Source: Pelomyxa schiedti | Taxonomy: Eukaryota > Protista > Evosea | Direction: 5' to 3' | DNA length: 64,000 bases | Assembly: GCA_020536535.1 (NCBI GenBank) | Contig: JAHLWZ010000733.1 | Coordinates: forward strand, 101,491 to 165,490 | Shown: positions 62,915-64,000 of the stretch, piece by piece | Layout: each line of letters begins with the position of its first letter | How positions within the stretch are numbered: position 1 is the first letter of the stretch | The notes under the pieces: model-generated | What the model was told of the DNA's origin: nothing | The model's database searches: none | Seen by the model: only the letters and a program-made list of their open reading frames with translations | Translations under genes and position numbers: made by a program

Positions 62915-63234
62915 ACCGCCAGTGAAGTTCGTTTATTGTCTGTAGACCAAAGGGATACACCGGTGTGCAAATGTGATGAGAATGAGGCCTTCATTTCGTC
63001 AGGCATAAAGCCCCAAATTTTGAAAAACCGCGTACCAAAAACTGGAGCGGGCAGGAGGTTTTACACTTGGGAGGGGTCGTTTGTTTGCGGTTGGCGTTGG
63101 GGGAGGAAAAAGGAAAAAAAACAAAAAATCTATGGTTTGGGTCCACTATGCCGGTGTTTCAAGTGCTTTGAGGATGTATGCACTCCCACTTATTGCCAGT
63201 TTCCCTCTTGCACAATTTTCAACATCCCTTCTTA

Positions 63235-63334
63235 NNNNNNNNNNNNNNNNNNNNNNNNNNNNNNNNNNNNNNNNNNNNNNNNNNNNNNNNNNNNNNNNNN
63301 NNNNNNNNNNNNNNNNNNNNNNNNNNNNNNNNNN
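63235..63334. other. Assembly gap (100 N)
   Basis: Run of exactly 100 n. Confidence 0.99.
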
Positions 63335-64000
63335 GCTTCAGTATTTTGAACATCTCAATAACCAGGAGGGGACGGCTGTTCGTTGCACAGTAGCTGATAA
63401 ACTCCCCAAACAACGCATGTATCTTGTTGCATCTTTCCAGAAGCTTCTCAACCTCCGGCACCCAGCAGTTCAAACTTGCAAGGCACGGTGACGAAGGGTG
63501 TGCAAACAAGTGACACCAGACGTAATCTGGGAGATCGCAACGCGACCCATGACCATCCATAAAGCTTGCAAGCATATTCACAGCCCTGGAGTTAGTGCCA
63601 GATAGTATGGTCACAAACCCCAAGACCCTCAGAATGTTGCGTACAAGGCATACTTTTTCGTGCTCTCTAGTAGGTATCTCATCCACAAACACAACTGGCT
63701 TCTCACCAGGCCATTCTTTCCGAAATTGGCCGATGGTCATGGGAGCCTGGATGTAAGCCTTACCAAAGTCTTTTCCCACGAGGGAAAACGGAAGCCTACT
63801 GGGAAATGGGTTTGTTGGTAATACTTCTGCCGCAGCAGAAGAATGACTTGTTGCTGCAGTGGGTGGTTGGGTGTGAAGGTTCGTCATCATCCAGTTGAGA
63901 CATGCCACAGTCCAAAACGGCTGAGATGTGCCACACAAGTTTGAACAGTGGGGCCATGTATCTTCGTCATCTTCTTCTGCTTTTGCCCTTGGTTTTCCTT
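63335..64000 (-). CDS. Crinkler-like gene copy 3, internal NTPase portion (bounded by gap and window end)
   Basis: Near-identical to about 56395-57070: KPVVFVDEIP..EHEKVCLVRNILRVLGFV.ILSGTNSRA. Confidence 0.8.

Noticed and set aside
63120-63234. Open stretch left of the second gap as the continuation of CRN copy 3
   Set aside because: Does not match the corresponding region of copy 2, and the gap length is unknown, so the join cannot be interpreted.

Overview
Compact, intron-rich eukaryotic genomic DNA. Introns are mostly 40-70 nt and GT-AG, intergenic gaps are often 60-200 nt, and there are two 100-N assembly gaps. Gene style suggests a free-living amoebozoan, possibly Pelomyxa-like; this is an inference from recalled protein families, not a database result. 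About 24 protein-coding loci were read by hand-splicing. Housekeeping genes: BROX-like, MEMO1-family, a C-terminal-only UBR4/BIG, a 16.5 kb DNA-PKcs, a transgelin-like CH protein, BAP31 and eIF1A. Prokaryote-like enzymes that contain introns: a CruF/DUF422-like hydratase, a linalool dehydratase/isomerase homologue, GH27, GH5 and GH3. Unusual fusions: WH2/beta-thymosin motif + CDC123/R2K ATP-grasp, degenerate G-alpha + F-box, and RING-B-box-filamin-TLDc. A conflict/immunity-like region spans 54.8-64 kb. The strongest signal is an array of nine 151-nt units, each one 84-nt phase-1 LRR exon plus a 67-nt intron. Its introns are more uniform than its exons, its exon changes are almost all non-synonymous at exposed LRR positions, and every exon-exon junction combination is in frame without a stop. 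The array lies directly upstream of, and is possibly spliced to, a non-RD PINK1-like kinase, and is flanked by two of three Crinkler-type NTPase/REase copies in the window. No rRNA, tRNA or CRISPR array was recognised. Exon boundaries are manual and some are approximate.
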